In this document: in pieces, positions 37,466 to 46,412 of the stretch | Position numbering within the stretch: the stretch's first letter is position 1 | How the letters are laid out: each line of letters begins with the position of its first letter | Assembly: GCA_964484655.1 (NCBI GenBank) | Contig: CAZAFA010000002.1 | Coordinates: 123,860-187,859, forward strand | Source: an uncultured Candidatus Saccharibacteria bacterium | GTDB taxonomy: Bacteria; Patescibacteriota; Minisyncoccia; UBA6257; 2-01-FULL-56-20 | Reading direction: 5' to 3' | Length of the DNA: 64,000 bases | Translations under genes and position numbers: made by a program | Notes under the pieces: generated by a model | What the model saw: the letters and a program-made list of their open reading frames with translations, nothing else | Told to the model about the DNA's origin: nothing | The model's database searches: none

Positions 37466-39785
37466 CGAGCAGAGTGAGCGGCAGGTTGCACGCCCTGTCC
37501 TTGAGGTTGTCCCGGGCGTCCTGGGCGAGCGACTGCATCTGGCCGTTCCGCGTGGTGGCGCGCGTCGCGAGAGTGGCGACCTGCGAATTGATGATGTCGA
37601 GGGAGCCGATGAGATCGGAGATCGCCATAGCGCTCGTCGCCGTATTGATGGCTTCCGTCGTGGAAGCGAGCTGCGCGATCACGGTCCCGATCGAGGTGCC
37701 GTCGGTGCTGACGCGCGGCGCGATCCGGTCTATGGCTCCGAGTCGCTGGCTCGCCGTCTCGGCGAGCGCAGGGCAGGTAGCGCCGACGGATATCAGGAGC
37801 GGCTGGGTCGAAGAGGCGTGCCCCGTCCAGGCCGCGATGTCGTTGCGGACGCTGCTCGCGCGACCCTGGTGGGCAGTAGCGAGCTGCAGGGCCTGCGCGC
37901 GGACCGAAGCGAGGCTCGACTGGTCCTCGCCGCCCCCGCTGGTGCTCGTGCCGTTGCCGTTCCCCGATCCGCCTCCGCTTCCGGACTCGCCGTTGAACAG
38001 GCCGAGCAACCCTCCTACCGCGAGATTGGTCAGTCGCGAGATCGCAGCATCCACTACCGCGGCGACGAGGCCGGCGAGATCGTTCGCGTTGACCACGTTG
38101 TCGAGCGTGCCGCCCAGCGACTTGGATACCTGGTCGGCGACAGCGCCGCCCGGAGTCGTCTGTTGCCAGCCGTCCGAGGCACACATCTCTACCTCGCAGG
38201 TCTGAAGATAGGGGTCACCGCCGTCGTAACAACGGATAAGCCTACGGAAGTTAGGGTCTCGCCTGAGCTCGTCAGCTTCGCGTTCATCAGCAGTTATAAC
38301 CTCCGTTTTAACGCACCGCCTCATACCCGTGTAGCCGCGGTTCGACTCCGCATTCGTTGAAGCGGATTCCTTCGCGCCGGCCGCTTCGTGCATGGCGGTC
38401 TCGCCGGCTACGACGATTGCGCCCCAGGCGTTGTTCTGCGGTTCGAGGATGAGAGTCGCGAATCCGATCCAGCCTCCTGACCTGAAGTCCTCGTAGAAAT
38501 CCTTCACGCTCGCGACGATCTGGTCCAGGGTGCAGGTGAATTGCTGATAGGGGTCGCGGGAGCCGCTGACGCTATTGGGGGCCGTAGCTCTGAGGAAGTC
38601 GGTCGTGAATGCGCGCAGGTTCTGGCAGAGCTTCGGCTCGATCTTGTTGATGAGCGTGTTGACCGCGCCTACCGCGCTGTCCTTAAGGAAGCCCTTCCAG
38701 TTGGTGATGAACTGCGGCTTACCGCCTCCTTGTACCCATTTGATCGTCTGTTGGATGAGACGGCCTACGATCTGGTTCTTGAGGATCTGCAGCGCGATGC
38801 TCTTAAGTTCCCTCACAATGAGCTGACCCCATGTGCCGTAGTCCGCGATGCCGTTGATGATCGTCTTGACGATGTGCCCGAAGTCGATGACCGGCCAGCC
38901 CGCGTTGGCGCGCGGGATACCAAGCAGCGAAGCCAGGAGGAGCGGCTTGTGCGCTCCTGAAGAGAGCGACTCGTACTGCAGCTGTTCGGCTTCCGCTTGG
39001 AGCTTGTTGCCCTCGTACGCGAGGAGCTCCGGATACTTCGTCGTGAAGACCACCGCCTTGAGCGGGTCGGTCGTGTAGTCGAGGTCGGTGAGCTTCCGGT
39101 TGAGCTCGAAGTAGGTCAGCGCCTGCTCGTGGAGCTTCTGCGCGGGAGCGGGCACGACCGCGTTGTAGAGCTTCTCCTGCGCCTGCGCGAGGAGGAAGTT
39201 GCTCGCCTCGATCGCCGCGGGCGTCGGCTGGCTCCCGCTCCGCGCCATCACTGCGCTCATGCCGCCGGACGTGGTGCTCGCCATGGAGAAGGTCTCCTCG
39301 AGCGTCGAGAGGTAAGCGTCGAGCTGCTCCTGGGTGTAGTTCTTGGCGACCTTCAGTCTGCTGCGGTCGATGGCGTACGTGGTCGGCGTGAGGGCAGCGT
39401 CGGTGACGTACTGGTCCACGACGTCCTGGAGGTTGTTCGGGAGGAGCACGCCGGTACCTTGGGTCAGGTCGGGGCCTTCAGGGTTGGCTTTGACGAAGTT
39501 GTAGGCGAGGCCCTTCGCGAGCTCGTCCGTGTAGTTCCCCTCGACATCGGTCCGCGGCGTGAACTCGGCTGCGAGGTCGTAGCCCTCGATGCGCGTCGTC
39601 GCGATATCCTCTACGAAAGCGCGGTCGCCGATCTTCGGGACCTGCTTCTGCGCCTGCTGCGTAGCGGCCGCAGGTCCCTCTCCTTTCTGCCGCGCGAGGC
39701 TCGTGAAGGCCAGGGACGCGGATCCGGCCAGGAGCGCGAGCACCAGGAACGTCGTGATGAGTTTACGGAGCTCGTGAGCCTGCAT
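37458..39785 (-). CDS. large secreted/surface protein of the T4SS-like locus
   Basis: Start placed at MQAHELRKLITTFLVLALLAGSASLA (signal/anchor). A G/S/N-rich linker (GESGSGGGSGNGNGTSTSGGGED) separates two domains; several conserved Cys residues. Confidence 0.55.
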   Translation of the reverse strand: MQAHELRKLITTFLVLALLAGSASLAFTSLARQKGEGPAAATQQAQKQVPKIGDRAFVEDIATTRIEGYDLAAEFTPRTDVEGNYTDELAKGLAYNFVKANPEGPDLTQGTGVLLPNNLQDVVDQYVTDAALTPTTYAIDRSRLKVAKNYTQEQLDAYLSTLEETFSMASTTSGGMSAVMARSGSQPTPAAIEASNFLLAQAQEKLYNAVVPAPAQKLHEQALTYFELNRKLTDLDYTTDPLKAVVFTTKYPELLAYEGNKLQAEAEQLQYESLSSGAHKPLLLASLLGIPRANAGWPVIDFGHIVKTIINGIADYGTWGQLIVRELKSIALQILKNQIVGRLIQQTIKWVQGGGKPQFITNWKGFLKDSAVGAVNTLINKIEPKLCQNLRAFTTDFLRATAPNSVSGSRDPYQQFTCTLDQIVASVKDFYEDFRSGGWIGFATLILEPQNNAWGAIVVAGETAMHEAAGAKESASTNAESNRGYTGMRRCVKTEVITADEREADELRRDPNFRRLIRCYDGGDPYLQTCEVEMCASDGWQQTTPGGAVADQVSKSLGGTLDNVVNANDLAGLVAAVVDAAISRLTNLAVGGLLGLFNGESGSGGGSGNGNGTSTSGGGEDQSSLASVRAQALQLATAHQGRASSVRNDIAAWTGHASSTQPLLISVGATCPALAETASQRLGAIDRIAPRVSTDGTSIGTVIAQLASTTEAINTATSAMAISDLIGSLDIINSQVATLATRATTRNGQMQSLAQDARDNLKDRACNLPLTLLDE

Positions 39786-39839
39786 AGTCTCTGATGAATT
39801 GTACGTTAAGCAGGCGCTACCGCACAACGAAAATGGGGA

Positions 39840-40613
39840 TTACGTCCAGAGACCGGTTCGGCCCAGCGCCTCGATCCGCTCGACGGACAGGTCGTGAGGC
39901 CGCGCCTGGTCGGGAAGTCCCGCTTCCCGGAGGATCTCGATGAGCCGTTCCTTCGTCATGCCAGGAAGGGCGAGGTTGTTCGCAAGCACTTTCCGGGGCT
40001 GCGAGAAGGCGGCGCGCGTCACGGCTTCGTACGCAGGCCGGTCCGCGACCTGCGTCCCCTTCCTTATAAAGGAGAGGATCGCCGACTCTACCTTGGGCGG
40101 GGGCGAGAACGCCGAGCGCGGCACCTTGGCGACGATCTCCGTCTCGGCCCAGAGGCCGGCGAACGCGGCGAGCTTGGTGAAGCGCCCCGGAGCCGCACTG
40201 ATGCGTTCGGCGACCTCGAGCTGCATCAGGAGCGCGGCTCGCGCCGGAGGGTTGGGCAGGTCGCCCATGAGGCGGACCAGGTAGCTGGTGAGGTAGTACG
40301 GGATGTTGCCAGCGAGCTTCCACGAGTCTCCCAGCGAAGCGGTCGTCTCGGCGAGCACCTCGCGCACGTCACCGTGCACGACGGTCACGCGGTCGTCGCT
40401 CTCGTAGCGGCGGACGAGCGAGGCCGCGAGGCGCACGTCGCGCTCGATGCAGATCAGGCGCGCGATCGGCGCCTCGGCGATGAAGCGCGTGAGCTCACCG
40501 TGGCCGGGGCCGACCTCGACGACCGTGTCCCCTTCCGTCAGCGCGAGCGCGCGCACGAGGGCCCGGGCGGGACCGGGCGTCGAGAGGAAATGCTGACCGA
40601 GCGGGGCGGGCAT
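39840..40613 (-). CDS. rsmA: 16S rRNA (adenine1518/1519-N6)-dimethyltransferase RsmA/KsgA
   Basis: LGQHFL, VVEVGPGHGELT (SAM motif), ...NIPYYLT. Confidence 0.85.
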   Translation of the reverse strand: MPAPLGQHFLSTPGPARALVRALALTEGDTVVEVGPGHGELTRFIAEAPIARLICIERDVRLAASLVRRYESDDRVTVVHGDVREVLAETTASLGDSWKLAGNIPYYLTSYLVRLMGDLPNPPARAALLMQLEVAERISAAPGRFTKLAAFAGLWAETEIVAKVPRSAFSPPPKVESAILSFIRKGTQVADRPAYEAVTRAAFSQPRKVLANNLALPGMTKERLIEILREAGLPDQARPHDLSVERIEALGRTGLWT

Positions 40614-40614
40614 G

Positions 40615-42384
40615 TCACCAGAGTACGTCAATGTAGCGCTCCTCGTCATCGAGCGAGAGGTTCCGCCGCCGCCCTTCCATGACGAGATACTCCTCGGGGA
40701 TCTCGAGGATGAAGCGGCTCGGCACGTGCACGAAGCTGATCGAGAGCTCGTGCCGCGCGCGCGTCATCGCGACGTAGAAGAGGCGGCGTTCCTCCTCGAG
40801 CTCCGCCTCGGTGACGAGCGCGCGGCTGTGCGGCATCGTCCCCTCGCTCGCGCCGGCGATGTGCACGCGGTCGAACTCGAGGCCCTTGGCCATGTGCGCC
40901 GTCATGAGCGTGACGCCCTGCGGCGCGTCCTGGCCGCGCGTGTCGGTCGCCTGCACGAGCGAGACGTGCTCGAGGAACTCGGCCACGTCGGCGAACGTTG
41001 CCGCGAACTTGCGCAGCTCGCCGACGTTCTCGATGCGGTCCTCGGCGTTGTCGAACGTCTCCTCAAGATGTTCCGCGTACCTGCTTTCCGCGAGGAAGGT
41101 GTCGATGATCCGTGCCGGCTCCGCCGGGCCGAGCGCGCGGAGAGCGTCGATAAGCGGCAGGCCGCGGCGCTTACGGAACGTCTTGAGGAGGCGGTCCGCG
41201 CCGAGCGTGTCCTGCGGATTCGCCGCGACGCGGATGGCGGCGAGCACGTCGCGCACCTCGAGGCGGTCGTAGAACTGCACGCCGCCGTAGACGTGATAGG
41301 GCACGCGCGCCCGGACCAGGGCGTGCTCGAGCGCCCGCGCCTGCGCGTTCGTTCGGTAGAGCACCGCCGCGGTCCCCTCGCCCCTCCTTATATAGGCGCC
41401 GAGCTCCTGCGCGATCCAGAGCGCTTCGTCGAGCTCCGTGTAGTGCTCGATCACCTTGATGGGAGGGCCCTGCTCCTTCGTGGAGACCAGGGTCTTCGGC
41501 AGCTGGTTGCGATTGTTCCCGATCACCGCGTTGCTCGCGTTGATGATCGTCTGGGTCGAGCGGTAGTTCTGCTCGAGACGCACGACCTTCGCGTTCGCGA
41601 AGTCGCGCTCGAATGCCATGAAGATCCCGATGTCGCTTCCCCGCCAGCTGTAGATGGTCTGATGGTCGTCGCCCACGACGGTCAGGTGCCCGCGCGGACC
41701 GACGAGCGCGCGCACCAGGCGGTACTGCGCCTCGTTGATGTCCTGGTACTCGTCGACGAGCACGTAGCCGATCTCCCCGCGGTAGCGGTCGCGCACATGC
41801 TCGTGCTCCTCGAGGATGCGCGCCGGCCAGATGATGAGGTCGTCGAAGTCGAACGCGTTGTTCTCGCGCAGCGCCTCCTCGTACTGCCGATAGGCCTGCA
41901 CCGTCGCGACCGCGGCGGAGGACATATCGCGCTCAAGCTCGGACAGCGGCGTCGCGCCGTTCTTGATCCCGCTGATCCGGTTGCGGAGCGTCGCCGGCGT
42001 GACCTTCCCGGGCATCGTCTTCGCGATGCGTCGGAAGAGGGTCATCATGTCCCCTTCGTCGTAGATGGTGAACTCGCGCGTGCGTCCGGCGAGCGGCGCG
42101 TGCTTGCGGAGGAAGCGGGCGCCGAAGCTGTGAAAGGTGCCGATCCAAGGCGTCATGCCCGGTCGGGCGCCATGGAGCGCGCGCTCGCGCATCTCCTTGG
42201 CAGCCTTGTTGGTGAACGTCACCGCGATGATGGTCGCTGGATCGACGCCGATCTCGAGCAGGTGCTTGATGCGCTCGGTGAGGGTGCGCGTCTTCCCCGT
42301 CCCGGCGCCCGCGATGATCAGGAGCGGGTCGGTGCCGGCTTCGACAGCCGCTTTCTGGGCGGGATTGAGGGGCGTCTGGCTCAT
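40615..42384 (-). CDS. uvrD: ATP-dependent DNA helicase, UvrD/PcrA/Rep family (compact 589 aa)
   Basis: Walker A AGAGTGKTRTLT, motif II VLVDEYQD, motif VI region; SF1 helicase. Confidence 0.9.
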   Translation of the reverse strand: MSQTPLNPAQKAAVEAGTDPLLIIAGAGTGKTRTLTERIKHLLEIGVDPATIIAVTFTNKAAKEMRERALHGARPGMTPWIGTFHSFGARFLRKHAPLAGRTREFTIYDEGDMMTLFRRIAKTMPGKVTPATLRNRISGIKNGATPLSELERDMSSAAVATVQAYRQYEEALRENNAFDFDDLIIWPARILEEHEHVRDRYRGEIGYVLVDEYQDINEAQYRLVRALVGPRGHLTVVGDDHQTIYSWRGSDIGIFMAFERDFANAKVVRLEQNYRSTQTIINASNAVIGNNRNQLPKTLVSTKEQGPPIKVIEHYTELDEALWIAQELGAYIRRGEGTAAVLYRTNAQARALEHALVRARVPYHVYGGVQFYDRLEVRDVLAAIRVAANPQDTLGADRLLKTFRKRRGLPLIDALRALGPAEPARIIDTFLAESRYAEHLEETFDNAEDRIENVGELRKFAATFADVAEFLEHVSLVQATDTRGQDAPQGVTLMTAHMAKGLEFDRVHIAGASEGTMPHSRALVTEAELEEERRLFYVAMTRARHELSISFVHVPSRFILEIPEEYLVMEGRRRNLSLDDEERYIDVLW

Positions 42385-42423
42385 GCTTGCGCGGATACTC
42401 GGGCCTGCTAACCTGGAGCCCTC

Positions 42424-43026
42424 GTGCTGACCCAGCCTAGCACTCCGGTCCCGATACGCCTAGCAAAACGGGCCCTCGCAGGAATCATCATCGTTTCCAG
42501 CGCCGCCGTGGCATCCGCCACGCTGAACAAGGGACTCCAGTTCGCCTATCAGGTGGACGTCAACACGTCGCTTTCTCGCGCGGTGGCCGCCGCAGCTCCT
42601 GCGAAGGCGCATGCCGCGGAGATAGAGAAGGAAAAGGAGCAGGAGAAGAAAAAGGAGGAGGCGAAGAAGAAGGCCGCAGCAGGACCATATTTTATCGTTC
42701 CTGCCAAGGGCATCGACTGGGGCATCATCCACTCGAACAACGGCGTCGATATCGCCAACAGCTGCGGTACCGCGATCAAGGCCGCCGCTGCGGGAACCGT
42801 CATTGAGGTCAGCGGCGGCTGGAATGGCGGCTACGGCAACGCCGTAGGAATCCGGCATGGAAACGGGACCGTCACCTACTACGCGCACCTGCAAACCATC
42901 GCTGTCGAATCTGGCGAGAAAGTCTCACAGGGAGAGAAGATCGGCACCATGGGCCAGACCGGGCAATCGACGGGATGCCACCTCCATTTCGAGGTTCATG
43001 GCGGCAGGAACCCATTCGGCAAATAG
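42424..43026 (+). CDS. M23-family (LytM) metallopeptidase
   Basis: HxxxD and HLH motifs (GIRHGNG...YAHLQ...GCHLHFEV); N-terminal anchor; K/E-rich linker. Confidence 0.8.
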   Translation: MLTQPSTPVPIRLAKRALAGIIIVSSAAVASATLNKGLQFAYQVDVNTSLSRAVAAAAPAKAHAAEIEKEKEQEKKKEEAKKKAAAGPYFIVPAKGIDWGIIHSNNGVDIANSCGTAIKAAAAGTVIEVSGGWNGGYGNAVGIRHGNGTVTYYAHLQTIAVESGEKVSQGEKIGTMGQTGQSTGCHLHFEVHGGRNPFGK

Positions 43027-43054
43027 GTAATAATCCGGCTATACGTCGCAAAAT

Positions 43055-43299
43055 CCTGACAAACATATTTGTCAGGATTTTTCGTAGATGTTTAGCGATA
43101 AACATCTAAAGTGCGAAAAATGTTTAGCGACAAACATTTTTTGCTCGATTTCAGACAATTTTGTTTAGCGACAAACATTTTTCCGCTGACAAACATGTTT
43201 GTCAGACAAAAATTTGTTTAGCGACAAACATTTTCTTGAAAAATACGCATAGGAATGTTTAGCGACAAACATTTTTCCTCTGACAAACATGTTTGTCAG
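43055..43299. repeat. AT-rich array of eight palindromic sites: five B-type and three A-type
   Basis: B-type: ATGTTTAGCGA[C/T]AAACAT, five direct copies at about 43087, 43119, 43161, 43213 and 43254. A-type: CTGACAAACAT[G/A]TTTGTCAG, two perfect 20-bp palindromes at about 43186 and 43280, plus the variant CCTGACAAACATATTTGTCAGG at 43055. Confidence 0.85.
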
Positions 43300-43426
43300 A
43301 TGTCGCAAAATATCAATCTGTATTCTCTTTATTCCGGAATGGCGCATCCGGATTGCCTCGGTTCGAAAGTGAAGGCAATAATAGGTGCGTACTAAAACCA
43401 AATAGGTACAACTCAATAACAATCTA

Positions 43427-44806
43427 ATGCTTAACATCAAAGACATCGGCAAGGCTCTCAAGCAGATCGCTGAGGAGAAGGGCCTTCCCCAGGAGAAGGT
43501 GCTCGAGGCTATCGAGTACGCCATCGCGACCGCTTATAAGCGCGAGTACGCGACCAAGAACGAGATCGTGAAGTCGACGCTCAACCTCGACACCGGCGCC
43601 CTCGAGTTCTGGAAGGAGAAGACCGTCGTGGACGAGACCCTCGTCCGTTTCGTCACGCCGGAGGAGGAGGCGGCCGAGGAGGAGGCTCGGCAGCAGATGC
43701 TCCAGCAGGGGCTCCGCCCGCCGCATCCCGACCAGGAGGTCGGCGAGGACGGCGAGCCCAAGCTCCCGCGCTTCAACCCGGAGCGGCATCTTCTGCTCGA
43801 CGAGGCGCGCGCCATCAAGAAGGATGCGCAGATCGGCGAGGTGCTCACCTTCCCGCTCGAGGTTCACGAGGACTTCGGCCGCATCGCGGCGCAGGCTGCC
43901 AAACAGGTGGTCATGCAGCGCCTCCGCGAGTCGGAGCGCTCGCTCATCCTCGACGAGTGGCGCGGCAAGGAGGGTCAGATCGTCAGCGGCATCGTCCAGC
44001 GCTACGAGCGCGGGCACGTGTACGTCGACTTCGGCCGCGCGACCGGCGTGATGTTCTACAACGAGTCGATCCCGAGCGAGCATTACCGCTCGGGGGACCG
44101 CCTGCGCTTCTACGTGCTCGCGGTGCAGGAGGACACGCGCATGCCGGGCATCATCCTGTCGCGCTCGCATCCGATGTTCGTGCAGAAGCTGTTCGACCTC
44201 GAGGTTCCTGAGCTTTCAGAGGGAGCGGTCGAGATCAAGGGCATCGCGCGCGAGGCGGGGAGCCGCACGAAGGTTGCGGTGCAGTCCCATGCGCCGGGCG
44301 TCGATCCGATCGGCTCGTTCGTCGGGCAGCGCGGCACGCGCGTCATGGCGGTGACCAACGAGCTCGGCCAGGAGAAGATCGACATCATCGAGTGGTCCGA
44401 CGAGCCGGAGGTGTTCATAGCGCACGCGCTCAGCCCTGCGCGCGTGAACGCGGTCGAGACGTACGACCGCCGCGAGGCGCGCGTCTTCGTCCCGGACGAC
44501 CAGCTGTCGCTCGCGATCGGCAAGGGAGGCCAGAACGTCCGCCTGGCCGCGAAGCTCACCGGCTGGAAGATCGACGTCCGCTCCAGCGCCGATCCTGAAG
44601 CGACCCAGGAAGGCGGCGTCGCCACGAGCGAGGGCGAGACGTTCGCCGAGGAGACGGCGCGCGAGATCGAGGACAGCCTCGAGCAGGTCGCCGAGGAGGT
44701 GGCCGTCGCGCCGGATGCGGGGGATACCCCCGAGGAGATGGCCGAGGATCGCGCCGGCGAGCCGGTCGACCTGACCGAGGAGGATTCAGTCACTACGTCA
44801 TCCTGA
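43427..44806 (+). CDS. nusA: transcription termination/antitermination factor NusA
   Basis: N-terminal domain, S1 and two KH domains, acidic C-terminal tail; 459 aa. Confidence 0.9.
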   Translation: MLNIKDIGKALKQIAEEKGLPQEKVLEAIEYAIATAYKREYATKNEIVKSTLNLDTGALEFWKEKTVVDETLVRFVTPEEEAAEEEARQQMLQQGLRPPHPDQEVGEDGEPKLPRFNPERHLLLDEARAIKKDAQIGEVLTFPLEVHEDFGRIAAQAAKQVVMQRLRESERSLILDEWRGKEGQIVSGIVQRYERGHVYVDFGRATGVMFYNESIPSEHYRSGDRLRFYVLAVQEDTRMPGIILSRSHPMFVQKLFDLEVPELSEGAVEIKGIAREAGSRTKVAVQSHAPGVDPIGSFVGQRGTRVMAVTNELGQEKIDIIEWSDEPEVFIAHALSPARVNAVETYDRREARVFVPDDQLSLAIGKGGQNVRLAAKLTGWKIDVRSSADPEATQEGGVATSEGETFAEETAREIEDSLEQVAEEVAVAPDAGDTPEEMAEDRAGEPVDLTEEDSVTTSS

Positions 44807-44808
44807 CC

Positions 44809-45348
44809 ATGAGCAGCCCTATCCATAATCTTCCCATCGGGAAGAAGGCTCCGGACGAGGTCTACGCCGTCATCGAGATCCCGCGCGGGAGCCACAACAA
44901 GTACGAGTACGACGAGGAGCTCGGCGTCTTCATGCTGGACCGCGTGCTGTACTCGCAGGTCCACTATCCGCTCGACTACGGATTCATCCCGGGCACGCGC
45001 TCGGAGGACGGCGACCACCTCGACATCATGGTCATCGGCAGCGACCCGCTCGCGCAGGGATCGGTCGCTGCAGCGCGCCCGGTCGCGATGCTCGAGATGA
45101 TCGACGGCGGCGAGAAGGACTACAAGATCCTCGCCGTGCAGGTGAAGAACCCGCGCCTGACGCACCTCCAGGATCTCAGGGACGTTGAGGCGTGGAACGG
45201 GCATCTCCTGAAGGAGATCCAGCACTTCATGGAGTCGTACAAGCATCTCGAAGGCAAGAGCACCGAGATAGCCGGCTGGAAGGACGCGGCCGCCGCGCGC
45301 GCCGAGATCGTGGCCGCGAAGGAGGCTTTCGAGAAAGAAAACAGCTAA
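44809..45348 (+). CDS. ppa: inorganic pyrophosphatase (family I)
   Basis: [22 protein letters not shown] (DxDxxD signature); 179 aa. Confidence 0.9.
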   Translation: MSSPIHNLPIGKKAPDEVYAVIEIPRGSHNKYEYDEELGVFMLDRVLYSQVHYPLDYGFIPGTRSEDGDHLDIMVIGSDPLAQGSVAAARPVAMLEMIDGGEKDYKILAVQVKNPRLTHLQDLRDVEAWNGHLLKEIQHFMESYKHLEGKSTEIAGWKDAAAARAEIVAAKEAFEKENS

Positions 45349-45358
45349 GCAGAAACAC

Positions 45359-45946
45359 ATGAACCTCATCCCAACCGTCATCGAGAAGTCGCCGTTCGGC
45401 GAGCGCGCGTACGACATCTACTCGCGCCTCCTCAACGAGCGCATCATCTTCCTGGGCGACGGCATCAACGACGACGTCGCGAACACGGTGATCGCGCAGC
45501 TCCTGTTCCTGGACTACCAGGACCCGAAGAAGGACATCCAGATGTACATCAACAGCCCGGGCGGCTCCGTGCCTGCCGGCCTCGCGATCTACGACGTCAT
45601 GCAGTACGTGAAGGCGGACGTCTCCACCATCTGCGTCGGCATGGCCGCGTCCATGGGCGCGCTGCTGCTCGCGGCGGGCAAGAAAGGGAAGCGCTTCGCG
45701 CTTCCGAACGCGGAAGTCATGATCCACCAGGTCCTCGGCGGCGCCGAAGGACAGGTGTCCGACATCGAGATCCGCGCGAACTTCCTCATCCGGACCAAGA
45801 ACAAGGTCAACGAGATCATCGCCAAGCACTCCGGCCAGCCTCTGGCGAAGGTCACCAAGGACACGGACCGCGACAACTTCATGACCGCCGAGGAGGCGAA
45901 GAAGTACGGCATCATCGACGGAATAGTGAAGCCGAACGGAAAGTAG
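45359..45946 (+). CDS. clpP: ATP-dependent Clp protease proteolytic subunit
   Basis: Catalytic triad context [11 protein letters not shown] (Ser), MIHQVLGG (His), ...D; 195 aa. Confidence 0.9.
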   Translation: MNLIPTVIEKSPFGERAYDIYSRLLNERIIFLGDGINDDVANTVIAQLLFLDYQDPKKDIQMYINSPGGSVPAGLAIYDVMQYVKADVSTICVGMAASMGALLLAAGKKGKRFALPNAEVMIHQVLGGAEGQVSDIEIRANFLIRTKNKVNEIIAKHSGQPLAKVTKDTDRDNFMTAEEAKKYGIIDGIVKPNGK

Positions 45947-45995
45947 TCCATTGATGGATCTAAGAAGACCCCGGCCAAGCCGGGGCCTTCTTAGG

Positions 45996-46412
45996 TCAGC
46001 GCGGCAGGACGTACAGGTAGTCGTAGACGTGCGGCCCGAAGACGAGGAAAGCTACGACGAGCGCCGTGATCGCGGAGAGCAGCACGGCGCCCGCGGCCAC
46101 GTCCTTCGTGTCGCGCGCGAACGGGTGATGGTCCGGCGAGGTGAGGTTGATGTCGATCTCGATGGCGGTGTTGATGGCCTCCGCGGTCAGAACGAGTCCG
46201 GAGGCGAGGACGAGCGCGAGCCACTCCGTGCGCGAGATGTCGAAGGCGATGCCGCCGATGACGGCGATGATCAGGATCGCGATCTGGACCCAGGCGTTGT
46301 GCGTGGTCGCGAAGAAGATCCGGAGACCGCGGCCTGCGTGCACGAAGCTCTTCGCTCTCCTGACGATCGAGAAGCGCTCGCGCTCGGGAAGGGTGTGCTC
46401 GGCGATCCGCAT
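45996..46412 (-). CDS. diacylglycerol/undecaprenol kinase (DgkA family)
   Basis: 138 aa, 3 TM, EAINTAIE (DgkA signature). Confidence 0.7.
   Translation of the reverse strand: MRIAEHTLPERERFSIVRRAKSFVHAGRGLRIFFATTHNAWVQIAILIIAVIGGIAFDISRTEWLALVLASGLVLTAEAINTAIEIDINLTSPDHHPFARDTKDVAAGAVLLSAITALVVAFLVFGPHVYDYLYVLPR

Noticed and set aside
43055-43299. CRISPR array
   Set aside because: Repeat spacing is irregular (41-52 bp). Two different repeat classes are interleaved. The spacers are not unique sequences but A-rich linkers. No cas genes are present.
43165-43524. 119-aa minus-strand ORF across the palindrome array
   Set aside because: It lies within the AT-rich repeat region and overlaps the nusA start. 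There is no RBS. Its sequence just reads through the repeats.
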